From: the human T2T-CHM13v2.0 reference genome, Homo sapiens
Reading direction: 5' to 3' (one strand)
Length of the DNA: 64,000 nucleotides
Assembly (NCBI RefSeq): GCF_009914755.1
Contig: NC_060948.1
Positions 10,920 to 23,361 of the stretch are shown in pieces. The notes under the pieces are model-generated. The model had not been told where the DNA came from. It searched no databases and was given only the letters and a program-made list of their open reading frames with translations. Position numbers and translations under genes: made by a program. The first letter of the stretch is position 1; each line of letters opens with the position of its first letter.

Positions 10920-13885
10920 TGTTTTTTTTGCATGAGCTGGAAAAAGATTAATTAAAAAGTGACTAGGAGTGCACCTCCAAACTATTTACATTCACTTCTG
11001 AGGCTTGTTGTCCTCAGGGTTTTCTTTTTTAATTTCTCAAGAGCACACAAAACACTGGGCCAGTGTCAGTTAAAACCCAATAAAATGGCTACCATCCTTA
11101 CAAGGCTCAGGAGATAGGCCTGCTGGGAAACACTCTGGCAATCCCCGTTTACCCTTAGGTGTCAAAAATGTTGCCTCTGTTCCAATTCAGTCTTCTTTCA
11201 TGCAGGACCTAGTCATCATGTGGGGCTGAAAGAAAATCTAGAAAAACTGAAGGTTTCTGGTTAAGACTACACCACAGTGTTACCTGAAAGCCTCAGGACT
11301 AACTACAGTTTCTGACAGCCCATAATTATGTTGCCACCAAAAATTCCAGAAATTTCTGTTGCATTTTTTTTCTTTTTGTGACTATTATATATTCTATTTC
11401 CTCTTTGTATGAATGTTGAAACCTGGAGATATAATCTTATGGGGTAATGTCAGCTGGTGTGTTAGTAATTAGAAATATAATTAAAAGAGATGCTATTTTG
11501 TGATTTTTTTGGAACCAGAAAGAACTCAAATTGTACTCTTAAAAATTTTTATTTGGTGAGTGTCTTTTTGTCCCCCTGTGACAGATATTCATGGCACTCT
11601 ATGGAAAGATATACATTCAGAAGAAAGTTTTTCTTTTTGTTGGTTATTTCTCTGTAAAAAGCTCAGCATTGCCATATAAATCTAAACAGTTTCTTTATTG
11701 AGACACATTAATCTTTTTTTCTGCAGAGACACGAACTGTGGGGACAGCCTATAGAGTTTTCCCCTTCTTTTTCTAAATTTTGGCTACAAAAACCTTGGAG
11801 TCAGAGTTTTCATCTAACATTTTAGATCTTACCATGTCACCTAGTGTGATGAAATTTTTCTCTGTAGGAAGACTTGTCAGTACTTTGCCCAAAACCCTGA
11901 GGTTTTCAACTCCTCTCTCTACTGTGCCTCTCTAACAGTAATAAGACTCCATGCCCTATCTGTAAACAGAAAATATCCACTTTCAATAGTTGGCAGAAAG
12001 TTGCCTTTGAGAGACATATTCTAGCTCCGGGCTTTTCTCTCTCTCTCTGCTTTGAGATGGAGTCTCATTCTGTTGCCTAGGCTGTAGCACAGTCATGCAA
12101 TCTCGGCTATTGTAATCTCCACCTTCCGAGTTCAAGTGATTCTCCTGCCTCAGCCTCCTGAGCAGCAGTGATTACAGGTGCACACCACCATGCCCAGCTA
12201 ATTTTTGTAATTTTTGTATAGATGACGTTTCACCATATTGGTCAGGCTGATCTCGAACTTCTGACCTCATGACCTGCCCACCTCTGCCTCCCAAAGTGCT
12301 GGGATTACAGGCATGAGCCACCGCACCCGGCCACTTAGTGCTATTTTAAGAAGACCAGCCATTCAAGTCCTACATTTTTGGAGGCATGTATTCTGCTTCC
12401 AGCAGCAATGGCATTTAAACTAAAAGAGAATTTTATGTTTCAAAGTCAATCGATCTCATTTTCTGGAATTTCAAGATTTTACTAGGGCAACAGCAAAGAA
12501 AGACAGAAATAGTATTGAACATCCACTGTGCAAAAGGTCCTTGCTCAAATCAAACTACCCATAATCTTTCTTAGGTTGCCAAGCTACCTTTGGAATCTTC
12601 TGGGTTGAGTATGCTTAGGAGACCAACAAAGGATCACTAGTGGAGAGCTAACGCCTTGTGCAGGTGAACATTACTTCTCCTTCTTACTAGCTCCTCTGGA
12701 ACCATGGGTGAAGATTATGATTGTATCCATGGAGGACAACTATGATAGTTGCCAGATCCATAAAAGACAAGAAAAATGAAAAAACAATGAACACACTTTC
12801 TATCTTTCTTTTCACTCAGGGTTTTTCAAAAAGAGGAAAGAGACTGTGGGATTCTTTCTCTTTCTATATATTTTGAAAGGTCATAAACCTTCTGCATTCT
12901 GGACTTCTCTAGGTTGCATTCAGAAACACTGGAATTTATTTGACCATGTGACTCTGAAAAAAAAGTGGTTTTGTTTGTTTGTTTTGGCAAAAGGGCATTG
13001 CTATCTTACCAGCTCCAGACAGGCAGGCCTGGCTTCCTGAGGGAAGTGTTCATTTTAATACTATTCAACAACTAGATCTTTTCTCAAGATGGGAAAAAAA
13101 AAACCACTTTGAAATTTTCTATGTTTAAGCTTACTTTGATTTTGGAGACAACCCAGATCATCATAAACATTGTAAAATTGACTGCCCTCTTGGCAGTCAT
13201 ATCAGGCAAGTTTAAAACAATAATTTATTAAAGTCAGAGACAAACCCCTCAGGAACCCTCAAATGTGACTTCTAAATGCCCTACCTGCCACCCTTATGCA
13301 GGCCCTCCAACAGCCATTTCATCAGCTTTTCTTCTTGTGCCACCAAGGAAACTTCCAACTTCACTGCTGCCCCTGCAGGAAATAATCGATAGATGTGGTG
13401 CTACTAGAGTTCAAGTTTTCTTCTCATTTCAGGGCCTTACACAAATAGCAGGAAACAAGCAAGTCCTCTGATGACCCTGATTCATATACAGAGGCATTTC
13501 AAAGCATAACCCAAGTGTTCAATCTTACTTGTAAAATACTACATTACTCCTAAAGCAATCCCTAAATGTTACAGTAAAGCAGGCAGCTTTATAGATAGCA
13601 GAATTTTTTATAGAGGAAATGTGTGTTTCTTACAGCCAGCCAAAATTCAAGAAGAAGGGAGGGTGAAAGGGGAAAAAAAAGTTAAACAAATAGCAAAATG
13701 TTTATTTCTAATAAGAAAGGAAACAGCGTTTCTTGAAAACCCAATTGACATCTTGGTGATCTTGTAGATGAGTGAAAAAAAAAATCTAATAAGCATACTG
13801 GAAGGTTTATGAGGGAACAGGGCCATACTTCTTAATTACTCTAAGATACTGATAACAGATTAAAACTAGATGAAAATTATTTAGC
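10920..13885 (+). mobile_element. Class I ERV leader plus degenerate gag (MA/CA)
   Basis: TSLGCIQKHWNLFD..TLKKK at ~12905-12965; WLPEGS...TIQQLDLF at ~13030-13083; GATRVQV.FS at ~13397; DDPDSY.EAFQ.ITQVF at ~13470-13520. Confidence 0.8.
12051..12332 (-). mobile_element. Alu (AluS-type)
   Basis: Reverse-complement dimeric Alu: GAGATGGAGTCTC...CCCAAAGTGCTGGGATTACAGGCATGAGCCACCGCACCCGGCC. Confidence 0.95.
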
Positions 13886-15295
13886 CTTTACCTCCAGAAT
13901 TACTTGGATCCTCTGTATCACAATGGCTGTAGAGCCTGGGACCCATTATTCCTGCTGAACAATCAGGGGAAAACACATTTGATTGGTGACAAATGTCACT
14001 GGGGTCATTTTTACTTTCACTGGTCTCCACCACAGGCTGGACAAAGTTAAGTATATTCTTCTTACTGCCTGTGCAATCCCTTTGAAAGTGTCCTGGCTTG
14101 TCACACCAGTAGAAATTAGCAGGTGCACCTTGGTAATTCTGCAACTTGTAGGCCTGTAATGTAGCCGTAGTACCTCTTTCATTCTCTTATGACCCCCCTG
14201 GATTTTCTGGGACTCCTCGTTCCAGGTCTTCTTGTAAAAGACTGAAAAATCCACCCCAGGAGGCTGTCCACAGTGCTGAGTCATCCCATGGCCTGCTTTT
14301 GTGGTTTTCTTCTGATATCAGGGGCTGCCTGAGAAATAAACATGTATTTTAACATTATCTGTCTGTTGATGGATTTAGGAGGTAGAGAGGTATGTTTCAC
14401 TAAAGCTTCTCTGACTTTCCAAAGAGCCTAAGAGATTTTTATCTGGTTTGTGATTCAACAACGATAGTTTAGATTATTTAAGAGGTTTTTTTCTAGTTCT
14501 TTGGAAGCCTGCTAATATGCACATAAGAAAGTGTTTTCTTATCCACTTATCCATGGGATCACTCAGACATCAATTAGGGTTTTCAAAAAGCACTGTTTTC
14601 GTATGTATTGGAAATAGTAATTCATCTCTTTTTTACTAAATTTTTCCTTCAACTGTGTTTCTTTCCTGACTATAGGGTACCAGTTGTTCATCTTAAAAAT
14701 TCTTTGCTCCCGGCAATGCTGCCTGTTTTTCAGCAGCAGCAGCAGCAGCAGTTAAAATTTGGCCTAAAAGTCTCACAACATTTCTGCACATTAGATTAAA
14801 CACTTGGTTTAAATTTTGAAAAGCCTGTGTATGTCTATCAGGGTCATCAGAGAACTTGCCTAAGTCCTACTTTATTGGTTTAATGTTACTGCAATGATAA
14901 GGAAATTTAAATTAGTTCCACCATGTTCATTGGGCATTTGCTATACAGGCAAGAGCAAAGTTGGAGGTTTCTTAAGGTAGCACAACCAGAGGAGTTTCTA
15001 TATGGCTATTGGTAGCCCCAGATAAAGAAGGCAGATAGGGCACTCAGAAATAGCATCTGAGGGTTCTCCAGAGATTTCTCTCTCTGACTTTTGAAAATTA
15101 TGTATTGTACACTTGCTTTGTATGGCTAATAAAAAGGCAAAGTAAATTCCACAATGCTTACAAAATTCACATTTTCTTTAAGGGCAAAAGAGCCTTAGTT
15201 GCCAGATAGTATTGAAACTATTCTTCTTTGAGAAGGCCCAGGCCTCCTCTTTGTAAAATGGCCACTTTGTTGTCAACAGAATATAAGCTGTTTTT

Positions 15296-15330
<35 letters not shown>

Positions 15331-15345
15331 TTACATTTATCTGTA

Positions 15346-15606
15346 TTTTGAAATAGAGTCTCATTCTGTTGACCAAGCTTTAGTGCAATGGCACAATCTT
15401 GTCTCAGTGCAACATCTGCCTCGGGGGTTCAAGGGATTCTCCTGGCTCAGCTTCCTGAGTATCTTGGAGTAAAGACACCTGCCACCACATTCATCTAATT
15501 TTTGTATTTGTAGCAGAGATGGGATTTTACCATGCTGACCAGTCAATCTGCCCACCTTGCCCTCCCAAAGTGTTGGGACTACAGGTGTGAGCCACAACAC
15601 CTGGCT
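15346..15606 (-). mobile_element. Alu
   Basis: Reverse-complement Alu with a small internal deletion and a (TATATG)n-like tail on its left. Confidence 0.9.
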
Positions 15607-16400
15607 TAAGCTTTTTTTTTTAATTTAGAGTCTCAGGGTTGATGGAATTCCAGTGTTTCCAAATGCATATCATTGGAATTCACTCTGCAGATGCATCGTT
15701 GCCATCTAGAAATGGAGGGGAGACAAGGTGTCCTTGAGACCTCTTCCTGTTTTGTTGTGATACAGGGTAAATAGAAATTGTTACGGTACCCTTCTTCTAC
15801 TTCCTCTGTCTCGTCTGGGTCTGAAAATCTATCATACATGCTTCCCATAAATGAAACAACAACCTTTACTCAAGGATTTGGGGAGAGCTAATCTGCTTAC
15901 TAGCCATGCTTACCTGCATGAAGCATCTACTCTGTTTTCAGGGAGATGTTATTTAGTAGTAGAATTTGTGCAAGACTTTTTAATGGAGAAAATGTCCTCC
16001 TACTAACTTGCTTTTCCTATGTGCCCAGAGAAACATCAGAATCTCAGAGAATGAGAGAGATTGACTTTCAAACATTTTAAATCCCAAATTAAGAAAATGG
16101 AGAATAGGTGCCTCAAAAGAGTGCAAAAGCTGAATGGCTGGTCCTTCATTAGATGGGGACAGCAAAGAGGTTAAAATCTGCCCTTCAACAGTGTCTTCCT
16201 CCCAACAGTTAAAGTGGAGGCTGCCTGCTTACAGATAGAACATGGGGCCTAATCACTGCTAGAGGAACATTGTTGGGAAAATAATTAGGAAACCATAAGT
16301 TTTGGACAATGACTTGCCAAGGCTTTCAATAGAAAAGAAATCTCACTTCACTAGGAGGTATTGTAAGGCTAGAAATGCTAGGTTAAAAATCCTGACTCCT

Positions 16401-16712
16401 GGCCAGACATGGTGGCTCACAACTGTAATCCCAGCACTTTGGGAGGTCAAGGCAGGTGAATCACCTGAGGACAAAAGTTTAAGACCAGCCTGGCCAACAC
16501 GGTAAAAACCCATCTGTACTAAAAATACAAAAAAATCCAGGCATGGTGGTGGGCACCTTTAATCACAGCTACTCAGAAGGCTGAGGCAGGAGAACCACTT
16601 GAATCTGGGAGGTGGAGGTTGTAGTAAGCCAAGATCCCACCATTGCACTCCATCCTGGATGCCAAGAGCAAAAACTCCATCAAGAAAAAAAAAGAAAAAA
16701 GAAAGAAAGAAC
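16401..16712 (+). mobile_element. Alu (AluS-type) with TSD
   Basis: GGCCAGACATGGTGGCTCAC... with an A-rich tail. Flanked by AAAAATCCTGACTCC and AATAATTCTGACTCC. Confidence 0.95.
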
Positions 16713-17416
16713 AATAATTCTGACTCCAAACTCACTTCAGCCAAAAGTTAGAAAGACAGTTCAGGGTTTGATCAGTTGTCTCCAGTGTATGCCCCCAATC
16801 AGGCAAAATTTAACTTGTCTCATGATATAACTGTTCTATGGAAAACCATAATATCTCTTAAAAATCCAAATTAAAAAAAGAGTATTCACTTTGGATGAAA
16901 TATCCTCCCATACAGTGCCATAAAACTCTATCATTGTTGGACAGAAAGGCCCTTAATAGGTAAATATTTATACTGAATTCTTGAATTGCCCTTGTTTCAG
17001 GGAAATCACAAAAACAAACCTTTCTGAATTACATTCCTGCTTAAGTCATTGAGTGACTCTACTCAGCAAAATTTTATACCTAGGCTGTAAAAATGCCCAG
17101 AGCATTCCATACAAAAAATGGATAAAAGACATAATAGCTGTGAGAAGCAAAATGGTAAATTTAATAGACAAAAACTGGAAGTCCTTGTGCTAACAGCCTG
17201 ATGAGCTGTTAGGGACTGGAACTAGTCTAAGGGCAATCAGATTACAGAGTTGTAACCTCAGTGAGAAACTTGCAGTTTCCCTAGGATCTCCTTTATGTCC
17301 CATGTGGTAGCCAGGCTCTTCATGAAAGAAAACTAGATTGAAAAAAAAACAAACACGTTTTTGAAATGAATGTAAAAGATTAAAGATCCATTCTTACCCT
17401 CTTATGAATTATTTGT

Positions 17417-17434
17417 TTCTCAGCCCATGCACCA
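17417..17434 (-). promoter_or_regulatory. Primer binding site, tRNA-Gly(GCC)-like
   Basis: Minus strand TGGTGCATGGGCTGAGAA lies 5 nt downstream of the LTR end. It matches 16/18 with TGGTGCATGGGCCGGGAA, the recalled complement of a tRNA-Gly-GCC 3' end. Confidence 0.65.
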
Positions 17435-17439
17435 ATATA

Positions 17440-18305
17440 TGTTGTAGTCCCACCAATGCACCAAGATTTAGTAGTATCCCTTCGTATGATATTATACCCA
17501 AAGATTTTTGTATTACATCCAAAAAAATTAAGAAGCTATGGCACCAAAGATGAGATTAAAACAAAAGAGAAGAGTAAAAGAAAAGCTCTCTCCTAGTAAA
17601 AAGAGAGGCCCAACTGCGTTTTCTACTATGAGGCTGGGTTTCAGGGTTATAATAAAGTGGGAAGAGAAAGAAATGTGCTTAGTCAGTGGGCTGTTTTGAA
17701 GAACATGTGATTCAGCTTGGCCCAGGGTCTTTGCCTGAGATTAATTAAAAAGCTTAGCCCAGGAGGCTTGCACAGAAATAATCAGGGACTGAAGTCATAA
17801 TTTACAGTGGCTGTTCAGCTTATCCCATGACCTAACAGGAGCTGATGTGAAAGCTTGGCCCAAAAATTTGGCCCAGGCCTAATTAATAACTAAAATAATG
17901 ATTCATAGAGGCCCAGCTCACAGTCCAAAAAGAAAAAATCAATGCCAACCAGAACCCACTCTGTTTATGTTTCCAAATGAAGAAGAAACTGCTTCCTGAG
18001 AGCCCACTGATTATAAAAAGGACAAGGATATTTTTATGCCAGGCCTAGTTTTCTTATTTGAATGAATCAGAATTTGTGAAAGATTTTTATCTGAATGGAT
18101 TGAAGGTTCTTCTGCCTATAAACACACAGGTGCATCTCTAGGTACAACACCCATGTGTTAGTTATCTTATTGAAGTCTGCAACCTGATTTATTTTTCAGG
18201 CTGCTTAGTGTAGTATGTATAAATGATGCAGTGACCTCTAGGCTGGGGGTTTCCCAGGAACAATTCCTTGCTGTCCCCCTAAGTCAAGCTAGCTTTCTCC
18301 TCTCA
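17440..18305 (-). mobile_element. MER61-like LTR (5' LTR of the reverse-oriented element)
   Basis: On the minus strand it begins TGAGAGGAGAAAGCT and ends ...CTACAACA. CTTGGCCC repeats are present and the PBS is adjacent. Confidence 0.7.
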
Positions 18306-18344
18306 GAAACATTCTAGAGAACCCCCTGAATGTGGCTAGTTCAG

Positions 18345-20498
18345 ACTTACAATAGGGAACAAAAACAAGCATAGCAGAAAAAGAGAAAAGAAAAGAAAAG
18401 AAAAGAACAGAGACTCTAAAGACCACAATACAGGTCTATAAAATGTGGGTCCCTGAGGGCACCCGATAACTGTTATCAGTTTGGCAAGACAGGACACTTA
18501 ACAAGAAATGCTGAGACAACAAAGGAAACCAACTTAACACTGTCCAACTTGTTGTGGTAACCACTGAAAGGAGTGCTGTTTCCAGAGGCATACATCAGTA
18601 GGCCCAGGATCAGTCTCACAAATGCTCTAGCAGGACTAATAATTCATAGATATCAATTCCTCAGCTCTAAGAGCTGCCATACTCCTCAAGGGCCATACTC
18701 CTTAGGAGCCTTGAGTGATTCTTGAGGTGGGAGGGAGGAAGGTAGAATTCCCTCTGGAAGCTGGAGCAAGTCTTTTTGTTCTCCTCTCCAATCTAGGTCT
18801 TCTATCCTTCCATTATGTGACAAATGATTGATGTGTCAGCAAAGAACTTTACCCAATATTTTCTCAGCTCACAGTTATAGTTGGAACGACCTTCTATTTA
18901 CTCATGCCAATTTAGTCACTTCTGAAAGTCCCACTTTATTACTAGGTAGAGATATTCTGGCCTATACAGGAGGCATCATCTTAATGGCTCCAGGACAAAT
19001 GCTTTGTCTCCCCTTAGTGGAAATCAATATTAACTAGGTAGAGATATTTCGGCCCATATAGAAGCCACTATCTTAATGGCTCCGGACAAAATCTTTTTCT
19101 CCCCTTAGCGGAAATCAGTATTAATGAAAAGGTGTGGGATAGCAAGAAAAAAATTACTGAACTACAGCCACTACATGCATCAATATTTACCTTAGGGATC
19201 CCACTATTCTTTCTAGCCAGGGGCAGTATTTCCCAAAGCCATAAGGTAGAAAAATGCTAGAAGACATTATAAATAAGCTATAGAAGAAAGACCTCCTTAG
19301 ACCCCACATCAGTCTTTAAAAAACTGCAAATATTAGGAGAATATTAGGAGTAGAGAAACCCAATGAGGATTGGAGGCTAGTTAAGAACACTTGTCTCACT
19401 ATTGAGGCAGTTTTTCCACTCTATCTGGTTGTTCTTAATTCTTGTACTTTTCTAACTCAAATTCCCAAGAGAACTGAATGGTTTAAAGTTTTAGACCTGA
19501 AGGATGCCTTTTTTATTTTTATCATTGCACCCTGGCTTCCAATACCTCTTTTCCTTTGAGAATCTGTCCAAACAGGATACACAGTTAACATGGAAAGTAT
19601 TGCCACAGGGGTTTAAGAAAGCCTCCACCTGTTTTAGTAGACATTATCAAGAGACCTCTCTGAGTTCTCTCATCCTCAGGTTAAAGTTTTACAGTTTGAC
19701 ATTCTCCTCTGTGCCCCAACTGAGAAGGCTTCTCAATTATATAGCAAGCAGAGGTTATGAAGAATTACAATGTAAGCTCAGCTTTGTCAGACCTCAGTGA
19801 AGTACTTAGGCCTGGTCCTATCAGAAGAAACTAGAGCATTAGTCAAGGAGAAGATTTAGCCCATTTCCTCTTTTTCTTCTCCTCCATCTCTAAAACTAAG
19901 AGGATTTGGGGGCATTATCGATATTTGCAGATTGTGGATACCCATGTATGGTAAACTAGGTAACCCTTTATATCACGTTATAAAATAAACTCAAGCAGCT
20001 ATAGCTAACTTTCTAATCTGGGCACTTGAAGCTCAAAATACCTTTAATCAGTTAAAACAAGCCTTACTCAAAGTACCTACCTTCAGTTTTCCCATAAATT
20101 AGACATTTAAATTTTATGCTTCACAAAAGAAATGGATGGCCTTGAGAGTTTCAACTCAGACCCATGATCCAGACAAGCAGTTGGTAAGTTACCTAAGCCA
20201 GGATCTCAACCTGCTGCCTGAAGAATAAACAGACTGCCTCCAAGCAGTTGAGTAGCACTGTTGGACATGCTGGTGTTGGAAGTTACAAAGTTAACGATGG
20301 GGAATAATTTTACTGTTTACACCCCACATAATTTAGGAGAATTGCTATCCTCTAAAGAATGTTTTTGGATAATAGAGAATCTTTTCCTAAAATATCAAGC
20401 TTTGCCGCTGAAAAATTTGTAGTTTGGTTAACAACCTGACTTTGCTTGAACCCAGGAAATTTCTTCACAGAAATAACTGAAGAACCTGAATATGATTG
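18345..20498 (+). mobile_element. Class I ERV gag C-terminus, protease and RT (degenerate), interrupted by the HML-3 provirus
   Basis: YNRE, CY..GKTGH and CPTC.GNH knuckle remnants; ESPTLLLGRDILA protease motif; WFKVLDLKD; QLTWKVLPQGF; SVKYLG; ends EEPEYDC at the insertion point. Confidence 0.85.
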
Positions 20499-21009
20499 TG
20501 TTGGGAACAAGCCCCCCAAAATCTGGCCAAAAACTGGCCCCAAAACTGGCCACAGACAAAATCTCTGCAGCATTGTGACATGTTCATGATGGCCATAAAG
20601 CCCACTCTGGAAGTTTGTGGGTTTACAGGAATGAGGGCAAGGAATACCTCACCTGCCCAGTATGGAAAACCACTTAAAGGCATTCTTAAGTCACAAATAA
20701 TAGCATGCATGATCTGTGCATTAAGGACATGCTCCTGCTGCATTTATCTAGCCCAACCTATTCCTTTAATTCTGCCCATCTGTATGTTTCCCATAAGGGA
20801 GACTTTTAGTTAATTTAATATCTATAGAAACAATGCTAATGACTGGCTTGCTCTTAATAAATATGTGGGTAAATCTTTGTTTGAGGCTCTCGGCTCTGAA
20901 GGCTGTGAGACCCCATTTCCCAAATCACACCTCTATATTTCTGTGTGTGTGTCCTTAATTCCTCTAGCACCACTGGGTGAGGGTTTCCCTGACTGAGCTG
21001 GTCTTGGCA
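20499..21009 (+). repeat. HML-3 5' LTR (MER9)
   Basis: TGTTGGGAACAAGCCCCCC...GAGCTGGTCTTGGCA, with AATAAA at ~20856. Colinear with 26060-26568. Confidence 0.93.
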
Positions 21010-21011
21010 AG

Positions 21012-21029
21012 TGGCGTCCATCATGGGGG
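21012..21029 (+). promoter_or_regulatory. HML-3 primer binding site (tRNA-Lys-like, decayed)
   Basis: TGGCGTCCATCATGGGGG lies 2 nt after the 5' LTR and resembles TGGCGCCCAACGTGGGGC. Confidence 0.7.
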
Positions 21030-21159
21030 CTTGAATCCAGGTTGAAGCATCACCAGAGTGATGGTTTGAGAAGGTGGAACTAGCTGGAGGACACCCGAGT
21101 ACTCTTAAAACAATCCCCGTGGTGAGTAATAAGGGGAGCTCAGAAGCATCAGGGTAACA

Positions 21160-22477
21160 ATGGGAGAAGTGTGAGGTGTGTTTCGTTCCACCTTGGAACT
21201 TTTTCATACTGATGGTGAGGAGGAAGGAGAATATAGGGAAGTAACAGAAGAGGTTACAGAGCATGTTTATTTGCCAGCTAAAGCTAAAGTGGCAAAGGAA
21301 GGAGAGGTTCATCCCTATACTTCTGCACACCCTCATTATTATTATGAAGAAAAAGACCCTCCATATCTTTCTTTTCTGGAGGACACTGGGCAAAAAGTAT
21401 TTGCCACCATGACTGTTCAAGCAGCACCTTGAGTGACCACTCTTAGTTCTATTTAGGCAGGAATTCAACAAGCTAGATGGGAGGGTGATTTAGAAGCTTG
21501 GCAGTTCCCTGTTAGAATACACCACCGAGATCAACAGGGAAATGTTATAGCTACATTTGAGCCTTTTCCTTTCAAATTACTCAAATAATTTAAACAAGCT
21601 ATAAATCAGTATGGACCAGGTTCTCCTTTTGTAATAGGACTGTTAAAGAATGTTGCTGTTTCCAGTCAGATGATTCCTACTGACTGAGATGCTCTTACTC
21701 GAGCTTGTCTAACTCCTGTTCAGTTCCTACAATTTAAAACTTGGTGGGCAGATGAAGCTTCCATTCAGGCTGCTCACAATGCCCATGCCCAACATTAAAT
21801 TAATATAACTGCAGACCAACTTTGGGGGTTGGCGGCTGGGCTGATTCAGATGCACAACTGGTCATGCAGGATGATGACATAGAACAGCTTAGAGGAGTGT
21901 GCATTAGAGCTTGGGAAAAAAATCACTTCATGTGGAGAACAATATCCTTCCTTTAGTGCTATAAAACAGGGACCCAAAGAACACATACACTGATTTTATA
22001 GCTCTGTTACAGGAGTCTCTTAAAAAGATGACTGCAGATTTGGCTGCTCAGCATATAGTGTTGCAGTTATTAGCTTTCAGTAATGCTAATCCTGATTGCC
22101 AGGCTGCTCTGTGACCTATCACAGGGAAAGCACATTTAGTTGATTATATCAAGGCCTGTTATGGTATCAGAAGCAATCTGCATAAAGCTACTTTGTTGGC
22201 ACAGGAAATGGCAGGACTGAGAGTGGATAAAGGAAATACTCCATTTCATGGAGCTTCTTTAAACTGTGGGAAGCATGGTCATACTAAAAAAGAATGTAGA
22301 AAAAATCAGCGAGTCAGGCCACAAGATAGGAGAAAAAAGAAAACTGCTGAGCATGAAATATGTCCAAAACATATAAAAGGACAACATTGTACTAATCAGT
22401 GTCACTCTAAGTTTGATAAAGAAGGGAACCCAATTTCAGGAAATGCCATGGGGTGCCCATCCCGGGCCCTGTTCTAA
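21160..22477 (+). pseudogene. HML-3 gag remnant
   Basis: ATG at 21160; RSTLELFH; IKQGPKE major-homology-region remnant; CGKHGHTKKEC and CPK....H...QC knuckles; multiple stops. Confidence 0.85.
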
Positions 22478-22479
22478 AC

Positions 22480-23290
22480 TGGGGCATTTCTAGCTCAGGC
22501 TCTTCCCTCACCTCTGTATAATGTCTGTCCACTGCCACAGCTGGTAGTGCCCCAGTAGATTTATGCTGCACAAAAGCTGTGAGGCTTCTGCCTGGGGAAC
22601 TGCCACAAAAGGTCCCAACAGGAGTCTGTGGACCCTTGCTAGCAGGGACAATAGGATTACTTCTAGGCAGCTCTTGTTTAAGTTTAAAAGGGGTATAAAT
22701 ACATACAGGAGTCATTGATTCAGATTATAATGGGGAAATTGAAATTGTTATATCTACTTCTGTTCCCTGAAAAGCAGAGCCAGGAGAGTGTATAGCACAG
22801 CTCTTGATTGTGCTGTATATGGGAATGGGAAAATGTGAAATTAAATGAACACAAGGACTTGGAAGCACAAATAAACAAGGCAAAGCACCTTATTGGGTAA
22901 ATCAAATTACTGATAAACATCGTACCTGTGAAATAACTATTGAGGGAAAGAAATTTAAAGATGTGGTAGATACAGTAGTGGACATTTCAGTCATTTCTCT
23001 ACAGCACTGGCCATCCAGATGGCCAATTCAACCCGCTCATTTTAACAGAGTTGGAGTTGGTAAAGCCCCTGAAGTATATCAAAGTAGTTCTATTTTGCTT
23101 TGTGAAGGGCCTGATGGACAACCTGGGACTATTCCACCAATTATAACTTTGGTACCTATAAATGTATGTGGAGGATATTTATTAAAACAATGGGGAGCAC
23201 AAGTTCTAATTCCAGAACAATTATATAGCCCTCAAAGTCCACATATGGTGCATGAAATGGGGTATGTTCCTGGTATGAGACTATAAAAAA
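22480..23290 (+). pseudogene. HML-3 dUTPase-protease remnant
   Basis: dUTPase motifs AGSAPVDL, GLLLGSS, GVIDSDYNGEI, IAQL. Protease active site decayed to VDTVVD. MGYVPG G-patch remnant. Confidence 0.85.
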
Positions 23291-23361
23291 ACTGCAAGGG
23301 TTGAAACAAAATCTTCAAGTGGAAAGACAAATTCTTGCCAAAGATTAGGAAACAATTTTTC

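Larger units (their letters stand above)
13886..17439 (-). mobile_element. Class I ERV fragment in reverse orientation: leader, gag with zinc knuckle, start of pro
   Basis: Minus-strand WCDKPGHFQRDC knuckle (~14075-14110); gag stop QQE* at ~13946; capsid motifs at 14330-14900 paralogous to the other gag copies. Confidence 0.8.

Noticed and set aside
14731-14750. (CAG)n giving polyQ in ORF 14608-14799
   Set aside because: A short microsatellite antisense to a gag remnant, not a gene.
15361-16830. ORFs with LTPVVPTLWE / VIPALWE-type peptides (similar ones at 27564, 28119, 32143, 34521, 34916, 48961, 57916)
   Set aside because: These are Alu-derived translations.
20854-21471. 205-aa minus-strand ORF
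   Set aside because: Antisense to the HML-3 LTR/leader/gag, no recognisable domain, consistent with chance.
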